Assembly (NCBI GenBank): GCA_938074535.1
Contig: CALJER010000039.1
Span: 1-46,797, forward strand
Source: an uncultured archaeon
Lineage (GTDB): Archaea; Hadarchaeota; Hadarchaeia; Hadarchaeales; WYZ-LMO6
Reading direction: 5' to 3'
Length of the DNA stretch: 46,797 bases
Part shown: one piece after another, positions 16,468 through 26,154 of the stretch
How positions within the stretch are numbered: position 1 is the stretch's first letter
Layout: the number at the start of each line of letters is the position of its first letter
Translations under genes and position numbers: made by a program
Notes under the pieces: model-generated
The model's input: the letters and a program-made list of their open reading frames with translations, nothing else
Told to the model about the DNA's origin: nothing
The model's database searches: none

Positions 16468-17327
16468 GCCCTGAGTACATAAGCGTGAAGCCCGGTTTCG
16501 GGGGGCTGGAGGGAAGCTATGAGGACGCGGAGGTGGTCTTCCTCGGCATCCCCCTCGACTCCACCTCCTCCTACCGCACCGGAACCCGCTTTGGCCCCTC
16601 CCGGATAAGGGAGGCCTCCCTCAACCTGGAGACCCATCTGATGTCCCTGGGCGTGGAGCTGGAGGAGAGGTGGAGGGTGGCCGACCTGGGGGACCTGCTG
16701 CTCTCCTCGGAGCTGGGGGAGGACGGCCGCAGGATAAGGGAAGCCGTGAAAGGGCTCCTGGAGGACGGAAAGATCCCCGCCCTGCTGGGGGGGGAGCACA
16801 CCCTCACCCTTTTCTCCCTCCAGGCCTTCGGGGAGGTCTACCTGCTGCAGCTGGACGCCCACCGGGACCTCAGGGAGGAGTACCTGGGGAGCAGGATCAA
16901 CCACGCCACGGTGATGAGGAGGGTCCTGGAGCGCCTGGATCCGGGGAGACTGATTCAGCTTGGGGTCAGGTCCTCCTCCTCGGGGGAGGCCAGGTTCGCG
17001 GAGGAGAGGGGAATCAGGTGCTACACCTCCGAGCAGCTCCTGGCGGAGGGGAGGAAAGCCGTGGAGGAGGTGAGGAGGGAAGTGGGCTCCTCCCCCGTGT
17101 ACCTCACCCTGGATGTGGACGTGCTTGACCCCGCCTTCGCCCCGGCCGTCTCCACCCCGGAGCCCGGGGGCCTCAGCAGCCTGGACCTCCTCAGGATCCT
17201 GCGCGGGCTGAAGGGCCTGAACATAAGGGGCTTCGACGTGGTGGAGGTGGCCCCGCCCTTCGACACGGGTCAGACGGCCTTCGCGGCGGCCAGGGCCATC
17301 TACGAGCTGCTGGGGATCCTCCTCTAG
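16464..17327 (+). CDS. speB: Agmatinase (arginase family)
   Basis: GGEHT, DAHRD, DVDVLDP, PEPGG, DVVEV; ATGA overlap with ppsA. Confidence 0.9.
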   Translation: MSPEYISVKPGFGGLEGSYEDAEVVFLGIPLDSTSSYRTGTRFGPSRIREASLNLETHLMSLGVELEERWRVADLGDLLLSSELGEDGRRIREAVKGLLEDGKIPALLGGEHTLTLFSLQAFGEVYLLQLDAHRDLREEYLGSRINHATVMRRVLERLDPGRLIQLGVRSSSSGEARFAEERGIRCYTSEQLLAEGRKAVEEVRREVGSSPVYLTLDVDVLDPAFAPAVSTPEPGGLSSLDLLRILRGLKGLNIRGFDVVEVAPPFDTGQTAFAAARAIYELLGILL

Positions 17328-17833
17328 CTCCCGGCCTTCTCCACCACCGTTTTCCACCTGAGGGGGAGCTTGCTCACCGCCCGGTCCAGGGCCTCCTTCG
17401 CCAGGCCGAGGAACTGCTCCGGGACCCTGACGGTCATCACCTTCTGGTCCGCCTTCACCCTCACCGCCGTGCCTATCGGTCTTCCGAAGGCCAGGCGCAT
17501 GCCCTCCGAAACTCTGTCCGCCCCCGCCCCCAGAGCCATGGGATGGTCCCTCAGGATCTGGTGGGGATAGAGACGGATCTTGAAGTGGTAGTTCTCCCTT
17601 CCCGCCCTGGTCTCCAGCAGGCGGTTGGCCGCCATGCGGGCCGCCTCCAGGGCGTTGTGCCTGATCTGCCCCTGCTCCCGAGCCACCAGCGAGACCTCCA
17701 CGGGGAACTCCCCGCTGGGGTTGCCCATGTCGAAGAAGGTCACGCGCGACCCTGGCACCCCGTCCACGAACTCCCTCCTGGTGTAGGCCGGGCCGCTGAA
17801 GTGCCTGTAGCACTTGCCTGGTTTCAGGGGCAT
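17324..17833 (-). CDS. rpl10e: 50S ribosomal protein L10e (uL16)
   Basis: [42 protein letters not shown]. Confidence 0.95.
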   Translation of the reverse strand: MPLKPGKCYRHFSGPAYTRREFVDGVPGSRVTFFDMGNPSGEFPVEVSLVAREQGQIRHNALEAARMAANRLLETRAGRENYHFKIRLYPHQILRDHPMALGAGADRVSEGMRLAFGRPIGTAVRVKADQKVMTVRVPEQFLGLAKEALDRAVSKLPLRWKTVVEKAGS

Positions 17834-17875
17834 GCTCCCTCCCTAACCTCCCTGTCTCCGGCTTAAACCCTTTCC

Positions 17876-17989
17876 TCAGACCCCCGTCTTCCTCTGCCTC
17901 AGCCTCCTGAGCTTCCTCCGCATGCGTTTCCTCACCCACTTCCAGCGCATCCGTCCCTTCTTCTTCCACTTCCTGGGTCTCTTTCCCAT
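17876..17989 (-). CDS. rpl41e: Ribosomal protein eL41/eS32 (37 aa)
   Basis: Manual translation [37 protein letters not shown]; below the ORF-track cutoff; directly upstream of rpl10e. Confidence 0.88.
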   Translation of the reverse strand: MGKRPRKWKKKGRMRWKWVRKRMRRKLRRLRQRKTGV

Positions 17990-18027
17990 GGGGGTCCCCT
18001 TCCTCCTGCTCCGGGAGGATTAAAACC

Positions 18028-19134
18028 CTAGGGGGAGATCCGCCGCAGAAGCCTCTCCACCCCGGGCCTCACCTCCCTCCTCCTCTCCTCCAGCTCCCTC
18101 AGGAACCCCTTCACCCTCCCTATCAGCTCCTCCTTGCACTCCCCGCAGATGATCTCCCCCCTCTCGCACCTCTCCTTGAGCTCCAGGAGCTCCCTGTCCT
18201 CGGGTGCGAAGTGGTACATGCAGAGCTCGTACACCAGGCACTTGGAGGGCTCCCCCCCCTTCTCCCTCTGCTCCCTGGCCGTGGGCCTGCCCCCCGTGAG
18301 GGCGTCCCAGAGTTTCCTCTCCCACACCTCCGGCGGGTCGGTGAGGAAGAGGGCGGAGTCGGGCCTGCTGCTGGACATCTTCCCCCCGAAGAGGTCCCTC
18401 ATCAGGCGGTGGTAGGTGGAGGAGGGGGGAAGGAAGCCGTACTCCTCGGAGAACTTGGCCGCCACGTCCCTGGCCAGCCTGAGGTGCGGATCCTGGTCCA
18501 CCCCCACCGGGACCACGGTGGGCCTGGGGCCGCCGAACTCCTCCAGCTGGGGATGAAGGATGTCCGCCACATCTATCATGGGATAGTAGAGGTGGGAGAG
18601 GTGCGTCTCCCCGGAGAAGCCGTAGATGGCCCTCACCTCGCTGAAATTCACCCTGCGGGCCAGGCTGTAGGCAAGGCCCTGCACCTGCTGGCTCCTGGAC
18701 TGGAAGTACACCCTGCACCTCTCCAGCTCCAGCCCCAGGGCCTCGCAGTTCACCAGGTACTCCTCGAAGGCTATCTTCCTGCCGAGGTCGTAGGGGATGC
18801 CCCTGGCCGAGAAGGCCTCCATGTCCGCCACGCACAGGAAGATCTCCCCCCCTTTCCTCTGGTACCAGATGAGCTGGTCCACCACCATCTTGTGACCCAG
18901 GTGCATCCTCCCGCTGGGCATGAGGCCCGTCATCACCGCGTACCGCCCTCCCCCCATCCTCTCCAGGACCCTCTCGAAGTCCCTGTGCCCGAAGATCACG
19001 CCCCTCCTCATCAGGTGGGGGGGATCGGGGATGCTGGGGAGGAGCTCCTCCAGCGGCCTGATCCCGAACTCCTGCATGAGCCTGGCATAGTCCTCCGGCA
19101 CCTCCATCCCCCAGGGATCGAGCCCCTCCGGCAT
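18028..19134 (-). CDS. trpS: Tryptophan--tRNA ligase (archaeal type)
   Basis: LDPWG, RRGVIFGHRD, TGLMPSGRMHLGH, PVGVDQDPH, KMSSS. Confidence 0.95.
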   Translation of the reverse strand: MPEGLDPWGMEVPEDYARLMQEFGIRPLEELLPSIPDPPHLMRRGVIFGHRDFERVLERMGGGRYAVMTGLMPSGRMHLGHKMVVDQLIWYQRKGGEIFLCVADMEAFSARGIPYDLGRKIAFEEYLVNCEALGLELERCRVYFQSRSQQVQGLAYSLARRVNFSEVRAIYGFSGETHLSHLYYPMIDVADILHPQLEEFGGPRPTVVPVGVDQDPHLRLARDVAAKFSEEYGFLPPSSTYHRLMRDLFGGKMSSSRPDSALFLTDPPEVWERKLWDALTGGRPTAREQREKGGEPSKCLVYELCMYHFAPEDRELLELKERCERGEIICGECKEELIGRVKGFLRELEERRREVRPGVERLLRRISP

Positions 19135-19670
19135 TACGGCTTCTCCCTCCTGAGGGAGTAGTAGGTCACGTCCCCCTCGTCGTCCACCACCGCGAAGAGC
19201 ATGGTCTTCCTCACGGAGTGGGCCAGCCTGACGGCCCTGGCCAGCTCGGGCGGGGAGAGCCTGATGCCCTCCTTCAGGGCGTGCACCAGGTACCTGGAGT
19301 GGGCCTCCCCCGGCTTCTCCCCCCTGCCGTACACCCTGAAGTGGGCCCCGAACTTCAGCCCCGTCTTCACCACGTAGCCCCTGGAGCGCAGGTCGGAGTA
19401 AACGGCGTACTTCACCACCAGCTCTGGATCCAGCCTGGAGAACCTCCGGCAGAGCTCCTCCCAGCCCAGGGGCTTCTCCGATTTGCCGTCCACGGCCTCC
19501 GCCTTCCCGTTTTCCAGCAGGTAGAGGACCTCCAGCGGGGAGAGCTGCAGCCTTCCCCCGCTCAGCGGCTTGCCGAAGGCCCCCTTCTGGTAGAGCTGGT
19601 TGGCCCGGTCCTCCTCCAGCACCAGCCCCCTGTCCCTGTAGACCCTCACCCTCACCGGAGGCTCCATCAC
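19134..19670 (-). CDS. endA: tRNA-splicing endonuclease, single-unit (alpha4-size) subunit
   Basis: LSPLEVLYL, VY.DLRSRGY.VKTG.KFG..FRVY, HS, AHSVRK; Tyr/His/Lys triad present. Confidence 0.92.
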   Translation of the reverse strand: MMEPPVRVRVYRDRGLVLEEDRANQLYQKGAFGKPLSGGRLQLSPLEVLYLLENGKAEAVDGKSEKPLGWEELCRRFSRLDPELVVKYAVYSDLRSRGYVVKTGLKFGAHFRVYGRGEKPGEAHSRYLVHALKEGIRLSPPELARAVRLAHSVRKTMLFAVVDDEGDVTYYSLRREKP

Positions 19671-19705
19671 ATCCCACTGGGAGCTCCGCTAAAAAAGCCG
19701 GACGC

Positions 19706-21895
19706 TCAGTCCATGAACTCCTCGGGCCTGGGCACCTCCAGCTTCAGACCCTTCCTCTTCCTGGTGTTCGCCACCACCTGGGCCTGGAGCTCTGGGGAGA
19801 GCCGCTCGAAGCGTTCGAACTCCGTGGCCCAGATCGCCCTCCCCTCCGTCTCCGAGCGCATCTCCGCCGCCAGGCCGAAGGAGTTGGCCACGGGGAGGTG
19901 GGCCTTTATCACCGTGACGGCCTCCCCCTCCGGCTCCATGGCCACGATCCTTCCCCTCCTCCCCTGGATCACCTTGATCGCCCCTCCCATGAACTCGGTG
20001 GGGACGCGCACCTCCAGCCTGAAGAGGGGCTCCAGGACGACGGGGTTGGCCATGAGAACGCAGGCCTGGATGGGGCGCCTCACCGCGGGTATGATCTGGG
20101 CGGGACCCCTGTGGACCGAGTCCTCGTGGAGCATCGCGTCGTTCAGGATGACCTTCACCCCCCTCATGGGCTCCCTCATCACCGGCCCCTCGTTGCACAC
20201 CTGCGTGAAGGCCTCCCTGATGTAGTCCTCCACCTCCCCCATGTACTGGACCCCCTTGGTCATGTCGACGAGGATGTTCCCCCCCACCACCGCCATCACA
20301 CCCTTGGCCGCGTCGGCGCTCCAGCCCAGCTTCCTCAGGACGGAGGCCCTCTCCCTGGCCTCCTGCTTGTCCGTGACCCTCTTCTCATCCAGGGCCTTCA
20401 GCACCTCGGGCTCCAGCGGCTCCACGCTGATCTGGAAGCGGTTGTGCTTGTTCGGCGACTTCCCCTCCACCGGCCCGGCCTTTCCGGTCACGGTCTCCCG
20501 GTAGACCACCAGCGGCTCCGAGGTCTTGATTTCCAGGCCCGCCTCCTTCAGCTTGTACTCCACGATCTCCAGGTGCACCTCACCCATCCCCGAGATCAGG
20601 TACTCCCCCGTCTCCTCGTTGATCTTGACCCTCACGTTGGGATCCTCCCTCGCGATCTTGTTGAGCTGGTTGACCAGCTTGGGAAGATCCTGGAAGTTCT
20701 TGGGCTCTATGGCCAGCGTGACCACGGGTTCGCTTATGTACCTGAGCTCCTCGAAACCCACCCCCTCCACCCCCGCCTCCACCAGGGTCTCCCCCACCGC
20801 CGCCTCCTTCAGGCCTATGATGGCCGCTATGTTCCCGGCCGGGACCTTCTCCACGATCTCCCTCCTGGGCCCTATGTAGATTCCCACCTGCTGGATGCGG
20901 GCCTCCTGCCCGGAGCCCACCAGCCTCACGGTCCTGCCCTTCTCCACCGTCCCGGAGAAGACCCTGCCCGTGCTGATCACCCCCGCCTGCTCGTCCACGA
21001 TGATGTCGGTGATGATCATGCAGATCTTCCCTCGGGGGTCGCAGGAGAGCATGGACCTCCCCAGCTCGCTGTTCAGGTCCCCCTTCCAGAGGATGGGGAT
21101 GCGCAGCTTCTGGGCCTCCAGGGGGTCGGGGAGGTGCCTCACCACCATGTCCAGCACCACCTCGTAGACCGGCGTGCGCTTCGCCAGTTCCTCCCTCCTC
21201 CCCTCCTTCGAGGCCTCCAGCACTTCCCTGAAGGTGATGTTCCTCTTCTTCATCTGGGGGACGGAGAGGGCCCACTTCTCCTTCGCCGAGCCGAAGGCCA
21301 CCGATCCCTCCTCCACCTTCACCTGCCAGCGCTCCGCCAGCTCCCTGGGGGCGTACTTCCTCAGGAGCTCGTTGAACTGGGAGATGAGCCTGGCCAGCCT
21401 GGCCTGGATGGCCTCCGGGGGCAGCTTGAGCTCGTCTATCAGCCTGTCCACCTTGTTGATGAAGAGGACGGGCCTGGTGTACTCCTGCAGGGCCTGCCTG
21501 ACCACGGTCTCGGTCTGGGGCATGATGCCCTCCACCGCATCCATCACCACGATGGCCCCGTCGATGGCCCTGAGCGCCCTCGTGACGTCCCCCGTGAAGT
21601 CCACGTGCCCCGGGGTGTCCAGCAGGTTGATCAGGTACTCCCCGTCCTCCAGCTCGTGCACCAGGCTCACGGCCGAGGTCTGGACGGTGATGCCCCTCTG
21701 CTGCTCTATCTCGAGGAAGTCCGTGAAGAGCTGCTCCCCGGCGAGCTCGAAGCTTATGATGCCAGAGGCCGCCACCAGGGAGTCGGTGAGGGTGGTCTTC
21801 CCGTGGTCGACGTGGGCCACTATCCCGATGTTCCTCACCCTCCTGGTCTCCCACATCAGCCTCTCTATTTCGGAGACATGCTTGTACCGGTGCAT
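19706..21895 (-). CDS. fusA: Translation elongation factor aEF-2
   Basis: AHVDHGKTT, RGIT, DTPGHVDF, NKVD, KSPNKHN, HED.VHRGPAQ (diphthamide His retained). Confidence 0.96.
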   Translation of the reverse strand: MHRYKHVSEIERLMWETRRVRNIGIVAHVDHGKTTLTDSLVAASGIISFELAGEQLFTDFLEIEQQRGITVQTSAVSLVHELEDGEYLINLLDTPGHVDFTGDVTRALRAIDGAIVVMDAVEGIMPQTETVVRQALQEYTRPVLFINKVDRLIDELKLPPEAIQARLARLISQFNELLRKYAPRELAERWQVKVEEGSVAFGSAKEKWALSVPQMKKRNITFREVLEASKEGRREELAKRTPVYEVVLDMVVRHLPDPLEAQKLRIPILWKGDLNSELGRSMLSCDPRGKICMIITDIIVDEQAGVISTGRVFSGTVEKGRTVRLVGSGQEARIQQVGIYIGPRREIVEKVPAGNIAAIIGLKEAAVGETLVEAGVEGVGFEELRYISEPVVTLAIEPKNFQDLPKLVNQLNKIAREDPNVRVKINEETGEYLISGMGEVHLEIVEYKLKEAGLEIKTSEPLVVYRETVTGKAGPVEGKSPNKHNRFQISVEPLEPEVLKALDEKRVTDKQEARERASVLRKLGWSADAAKGVMAVVGGNILVDMTKGVQYMGEVEDYIREAFTQVCNEGPVMREPMRGVKVILNDAMLHEDSVHRGPAQIIPAVRRPIQACVLMANPVVLEPLFRLEVRVPTEFMGGAIKVIQGRRGRIVAMEPEGEAVTVIKAHLPVANSFGLAAEMRSETEGRAIWATEFERFERLSPELQAQVVANTRKRKGLKLEVPRPEEFMD

Positions 21896-21922
21896 GCCCT
21901 CACCTTTGCAAAAACCTTACCC

Positions 21923-23104
21923 CTAAACGGGGATAAATAGCTTGTTCGATTCTATTTCTTCTTCCTTAGCGGGGGGAGGGAACTCCGTGGGCAGGTCCTT
22001 TCCCTGCCCTATCCCTATCGTGTTGCCTATCCCGGCCACGATCACCCAGTCCCCCCTCTTCGTCCTCTCCCTCACGGCCCTCTTCACCCTCTCCACCGTG
22101 TCCTCCGCCGCCCTGGCGATCCTGCTGTTCATCTGGGTGATGGCCTCCCTGAAGGACTCCTTGACCACGATGGCGTCGAGGGGAATGCGGTGCTTCACCG
22201 CCACCTGCTCGATCTTGTACTTCTCCGTGGGCGGCCCGCCTATGGCCGCCCCCACCCCCTCGACCACCTCCCCGCTCCTTTCTCCCTCCAGCTTCAGGGC
22301 CGCATCGATCATGATGATCCTGGCGATCTTCCTCCTCCTGACCAGCCGGCTTATGAGCTCCCCGGGCTTGCCCACCCTCCCTCCCGGCCCCTTGGCCTTC
22401 ACCACCAGGAGCCTGCGCCCCTCGAACTCCACCTCCCCCACCACCGTGTCCTTCACCGGCTCCCTCACCTTCGCTCCGTCGAAGAGCTTGGCCGCCACCA
22501 GGGCACCCACCCCGTCCCCTATGGGCTTACCCTCGGAGAACACCTTGGTGGCATCCCTGTAGGCCTTGGCGTACTCCCTGAAGAGGGGCATGTACATCTG
22601 GATGGCCATGGCCAGCTGGTAGCTCTTGGTCTTCTCCGCCAGCAGGAGGAAGTGCCTGACCATACGGTAGAGGTAGTGGCTGGCCATCGCCCCCTCTATC
22701 ACCATCTCCAGGGTGGCCGCCTCCTCAGGACCGGCCTTGGGGGCGAAGCGGGTCACGGCCTCCTCGAACCTCTTCTTCCTGACGTCCAGGATGTGGTCCA
22801 GCCGCTGGATGACCCCCGCCGGATCGTCCGACACGGGCTCGATGGCGAAGAACTCCAAAAAGTTACCCAGCTCCTCCTCCAGGTCCCTCTTGGTGCGCCC
22901 GTGCTTCCCCAGGGAGAGGAGGGCGATCCTCCTGGTCTCCCTCGCCCACTCCTCCAGCTCCCTCACCGACTTCCTCATCTTGGAAAGCAGGAGGTTGGAC
23001 TGCATGGACATCAGCTGGGGAGTGAGGTAGCTCCACAGGACTCCGAAGATGAAGAACATCAGCATCCAGAGCAGCAGGCTCTCCATTCCGGCATCCCAGG
23101 GCAT
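21923..23104 (-). CDS. DUF1512 family membrane-anchored protein
   Basis: N-terminal TM; PV..DP.G, PIGDGVG.LVA, KA.GPG..VG, IDAALKLEGE.SG...EGVG.AIGG, GIGNTIGIGQ. Confidence 0.82.
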   Translation of the reverse strand: MPWDAGMESLLLWMLMFFIFGVLWSYLTPQLMSMQSNLLLSKMRKSVRELEEWARETRRIALLSLGKHGRTKRDLEEELGNFLEFFAIEPVSDDPAGVIQRLDHILDVRKKRFEEAVTRFAPKAGPEEAATLEMVIEGAMASHYLYRMVRHFLLLAEKTKSYQLAMAIQMYMPLFREYAKAYRDATKVFSEGKPIGDGVGALVAAKLFDGAKVREPVKDTVVGEVEFEGRRLLVVKAKGPGGRVGKPGELISRLVRRRKIARIIMIDAALKLEGERSGEVVEGVGAAIGGPPTEKYKIEQVAVKHRIPLDAIVVKESFREAITQMNSRIARAAEDTVERVKRAVRERTKRGDWVIVAGIGNTIGIGQGKDLPTEFPPPAKEEEIESNKLFIPV

Positions 23105-23211
23105 GTTTCCCCTTTACTTTTATCCTCTCTCCATAAAACTTTGGGCCGGTTTATAGGGGGGTGCCGCGGCCGGGCCCGAGGGCTTCGAGGAGCGAAGAGG
23201 AGCGGTGAAGC

Positions 23212-25305
23212 TCAGCCCGGGAAGGGACAGGTCATCGTGGGACACCCTCCGGCGTATTCCGACTCTGCGGCCACGAACCTCCTCTCCTTCGCTCTGATCT
23301 CCCCTATGTACAGCACCTGCTCGGGCTTGCTCCCGTAGCGGAAGACCGTTATTCCCTTGCACTTCAGCCTCCAGGCCAGCTCGTAAACCCTCCTCACCTC
23401 CTCCACCGTGGCCTCCGCAGGCAGGTTCACGGTCTTCGAGACGGCGTTGTCCGTGTATCTCTGGAAGGAGGCCTGCATCCTCACGTGCCACTCCGGCGCG
23501 ATGTCCAGGGCCGTGACGAAGATGTTTTTGAGGTCCTCCGGGACCCCCTCCACCCCCCGCAGGGACCCCGTCCTGGCAACCTCCTCCAGCAGCTTCGCGC
23601 TGTAAAAGCCCCTTTCCTTCGACACCAGCTCGAAGAGCGGGTGGATCTCGAAGAGCTTCGCCCCCCCCAGCACCTTCCTTATGAAGGAGAGGGCGAAGAC
23701 GGGCTCGATCCCCGAGGAGCACCCGGCGATGATGCTGATGCTCCCGGTGGGCGCTATGGTGGTCACCGTGGCGTTCCGCATGGCCTCGTACCTGTCCTTC
23801 CAGATGCTCCTCTCGAAGTTGGGGAAGGAGCCGCGCCTCTCGGCGATTTCCACGGACTTCTTGCGCGCCTCCTCCGAAACGAACCTCATGAGCCTCCCGG
23901 CGAGCCCGAGGGCCTCCTCTGAGTCGTAGCGTATCCCCAGCTTGATCAGCATGTCGGCGAACCCCATGACCCCCAGCCCTATCTTCCTGTTGGCCCTGGT
24001 GATGGCCTCTATCTCCCTGAGCGGGTACCTGTTCGCATCGATGACGTTGTCCAGGAAGTGGACGGCGTTCCGCACCGTTTCCCGGAGCTTCTCCCAGTTC
24101 ACCTCACCCCCCTCCACCATCCGCGAGAGGTTGATGGAACCCAGGTTGCAGGACTCGTAGGGCAGGAGGGGCTGCTCGCCGCAGGGATTGGTGGCCTCCA
24201 TCCTCCCCACCTCAGGCGTGGGGTTGTGGCGGTTGATCTCGTCTATGAAGATCACCCCGGGGTCGCCGCTCGTCCAGGCCGACTCCGCCATCAGCTCCCA
24301 GACGCTCCTGGCCCCCACCTTCCTCACCCTCTCCCCGTTCCTGGGGTTGACGAGCCAGTACTCCCCGCCCTCCTCCACCTTCTCCATGAAGTCGTCCGTG
24401 ACCGAGACGGAGAGGTTGAAGTTCGGGAGGAAGCTGGGATCCCTCTTGCAGGTTATGAACTCCAGGATGTCGGGGTGGTCCACCCTCAGGATCCCCATCA
24501 TGGCCCCCCTGCGCTTCCCACCCGCCTTGATGACCTCCGTGGCCGTGTCAAAGATCCTCATGAAGCTCACCGGGCCGGAGGCCACGCCCCCCGTCGACCT
24601 CACCACGTCCCCCCTCGGCCTCAGCCTGGAGAAGTCGAAGCCCACGCCCCCCCCGCTCTTCTCGATCAGGGCCATGTTCCTCACCGCCGTGAGGATGCTC
24701 TCCAGGGAGTCCTCGACGGGCAGAACGAAGCAGGCGGAGAGCTGCCCCATCTCCGTCCCCGCGTTGAAGAGGGTGGGGGAGTTGGGAAGGAACTCCAGGC
24801 GGGCCATCATCCGGTAGAAGGTGCGCTCGCTCTCCTCGGGATCCTCGCCGTACTCCCTGTCCACCCTGGCTATGGCCCCCGCCACCCTTGCGAACATCTG
24901 ATCGGGAGTCTCCACCACCCTCTCGCTCTCGTCCTTCAGGAGGTACCTCCTCCTCAGGACCTCCAGCGCGTTCACCGTGAGCTTCGGCTCCTGGATCCCC
25001 AGGCTCTGCCTCAGCCTCCTTATCTCTCCCTTCCTCTCCCTGTAGGAGCGGTACTCCTCCGCCACCCTCTCGTACCCCTTTCTCCTCAGGACCTCGATGA
25101 CGGCGTCCTGGGCATCCTCCACCGAGGGCACCCCCTCCCTGAACCTCTCCTCCAGCACCCTCACCACCTCCCCGGTCACGGCCTCCGCCCTCTCCCCGTC
25201 CTCCAGCTCGACGGCGATGAAGGCCCTGTGAACGGCGTCCCTGATCTTGCTCGGATCGAACTCAACCAGCCTTCCGTCCCTCTTCCTTATCTTCTCAACC
25301 GGCAT
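23212..25305 (-). CDS. nrdJ: Class II (adenosylcobalamin-dependent) ribonucleotide reductase with ATP-cone
   Basis: IRKRDG ATP-cone, PNSPTL.NAG, LSACFV, TNPCGEQ, TIAPTG, SKTVN, C-terminal CPTMTC. Confidence 0.93.
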   Translation of the reverse strand: MPVEKIRKRDGRLVEFDPSKIRDAVHRAFIAVELEDGERAEAVTGEVVRVLEERFREGVPSVEDAQDAVIEVLRRKGYERVAEEYRSYRERKGEIRRLRQSLGIQEPKLTVNALEVLRRRYLLKDESERVVETPDQMFARVAGAIARVDREYGEDPEESERTFYRMMARLEFLPNSPTLFNAGTEMGQLSACFVLPVEDSLESILTAVRNMALIEKSGGGVGFDFSRLRPRGDVVRSTGGVASGPVSFMRIFDTATEVIKAGGKRRGAMMGILRVDHPDILEFITCKRDPSFLPNFNLSVSVTDDFMEKVEEGGEYWLVNPRNGERVRKVGARSVWELMAESAWTSGDPGVIFIDEINRHNPTPEVGRMEATNPCGEQPLLPYESCNLGSINLSRMVEGGEVNWEKLRETVRNAVHFLDNVIDANRYPLREIEAITRANRKIGLGVMGFADMLIKLGIRYDSEEALGLAGRLMRFVSEEARKKSVEIAERRGSFPNFERSIWKDRYEAMRNATVTTIAPTGSISIIAGCSSGIEPVFALSFIRKVLGGAKLFEIHPLFELVSKERGFYSAKLLEEVARTGSLRGVEGVPEDLKNIFVTALDIAPEWHVRMQASFQRYTDNAVSKTVNLPAEATVEEVRRVYELAWRLKCKGITVFRYGSKPEQVLYIGEIRAKERRFVAAESEYAGGCPTMTCPFPG

Positions 25306-25424
25306 GCCCCTCCGAGCCCCCCTCACCCTAAGAGCCTCACCCTAAAAATCCTCGACCGCGCCGCCGCCGACCGCCCGGGTAGGCTCCGGGATTCCTTTTT
25401 TTGTTCTTCCTTCCAAGGTGGAGG

Positions 25425-25937
25425 ATGGGGGAGGTCTACCTCTTCACCGGGACCGGACCGGGAAAGACCACGAGCGCCCTGGGCCTGGCCCTGAGGGCGG
25501 TGGGGCAGGGGAAGAAGGTCGTGATCGTCCAGTTCCTGAAGTGGTGGAAGAACACGGGAGAGTACAGGATAAGGAGGAGGCTCTCCCCGCACTACGACAT
25601 CCGCCAGTTCGGCAGGAGGGGCTGGGTGAGGAAGGAAGAACTGGGGGAGGAGGACCGGAAGCTGGCGAGGAGGGGGCTGGAGTTCGCCAGGAAGGTCGCC
25701 AGGGAGGAGAAACCGGACCTCCTGATCCTGGACGAGCTGAACCTGGCGGCGGGATGGAAGCTGGTGGAGGTGGAGGAGGTGCTCAGGCTGCTGGACGACC
25801 TTCCGGAGAAAACGGATGCGGTGCTGACCGGGAGGCACGCCCCGAGGAAACTGAGGGAGAGGGCGGACGTGGTGGTGGAGGTGAGGGAGGTCAAGCTCCC
25901 GGAACGCCTCCGGGCCAGAAAGGGGCTTCAGTACTGA
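25425..25937 (+). CDS. cobO: Cob(I)alamin adenosyltransferase (CobA/CobO/BtuR family)
   Basis: YLFTG.G.GKTT.ALG..LRA.GQG, QFLK, LILDE, VLTGR.AP. Confidence 0.88.
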   Translation: MGEVYLFTGTGPGKTTSALGLALRAVGQGKKVVIVQFLKWWKNTGEYRIRRRLSPHYDIRQFGRRGWVRKEELGEEDRKLARRGLEFARKVAREEKPDLLILDELNLAAGWKLVEVEEVLRLLDDLPEKTDAVLTGRHAPRKLRERADVVVEVREVKLPERLRARKGLQY

Positions 25938-26061
25938 AGGGCAGGTCACTTCAGCAAACCCAGCTCCTTGAGCTGCCTGACCAGCAGGTGGAGAACGCAG
26001 GTGCCGGTCCCGACCCCCGAGTTCCCGGCCGGCTCCTCCGGGAGCTCTATGGTGGGGGGAG

Positions 26062-26148
26062 GTGCACCACCTCTACGTGATCTCCGAGGAAAACCTCACC
26101 GTGCTCGACGAGGGGACCTGGGAGACCGTGGGTGAGCTCGAGCTCTGA
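26062..26148 (+). pseudogene. Probable C-terminal remnant of a secreted beta-propeller domain protein
   Basis: Manual translation HLYVISEENLTVLDEGTWETVGELEL* resembles the last blade of archaeal beta-propeller (PF09826-like) proteins. Confidence 0.45.
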
Positions 26149-26154
26149 TCCGGA

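Noticed and set aside
19300-19380. EndA GLKFG (Phe where some homologs have Tyr) as loss of catalysis
   Set aside because: The catalytic Tyr is the FRVY residue 10 aa before the His; the triad is intact.
19135-19677. Apparent N-terminal extension of TrpRS (549 aa)
   Set aside because: Alternative frame of endA; TrpRS starts at 19134 in a TAATG overlap.
19706-21895. EF-2 outside the str cluster as a divergent paralog
   Set aside because: GTPase motifs and the diphthamide His (HRG) are canonical; separation from rps7/rps12 is common in archaea.
25306-25424. Cobalamin riboswitch or operator (CCTCACCCTAA x2 at 25321 and 25335)
   Set aside because: No B12-box consensus is visible, and CCTCACCCT is very common in this genome (AGG GTG AGG codons on the other strand).
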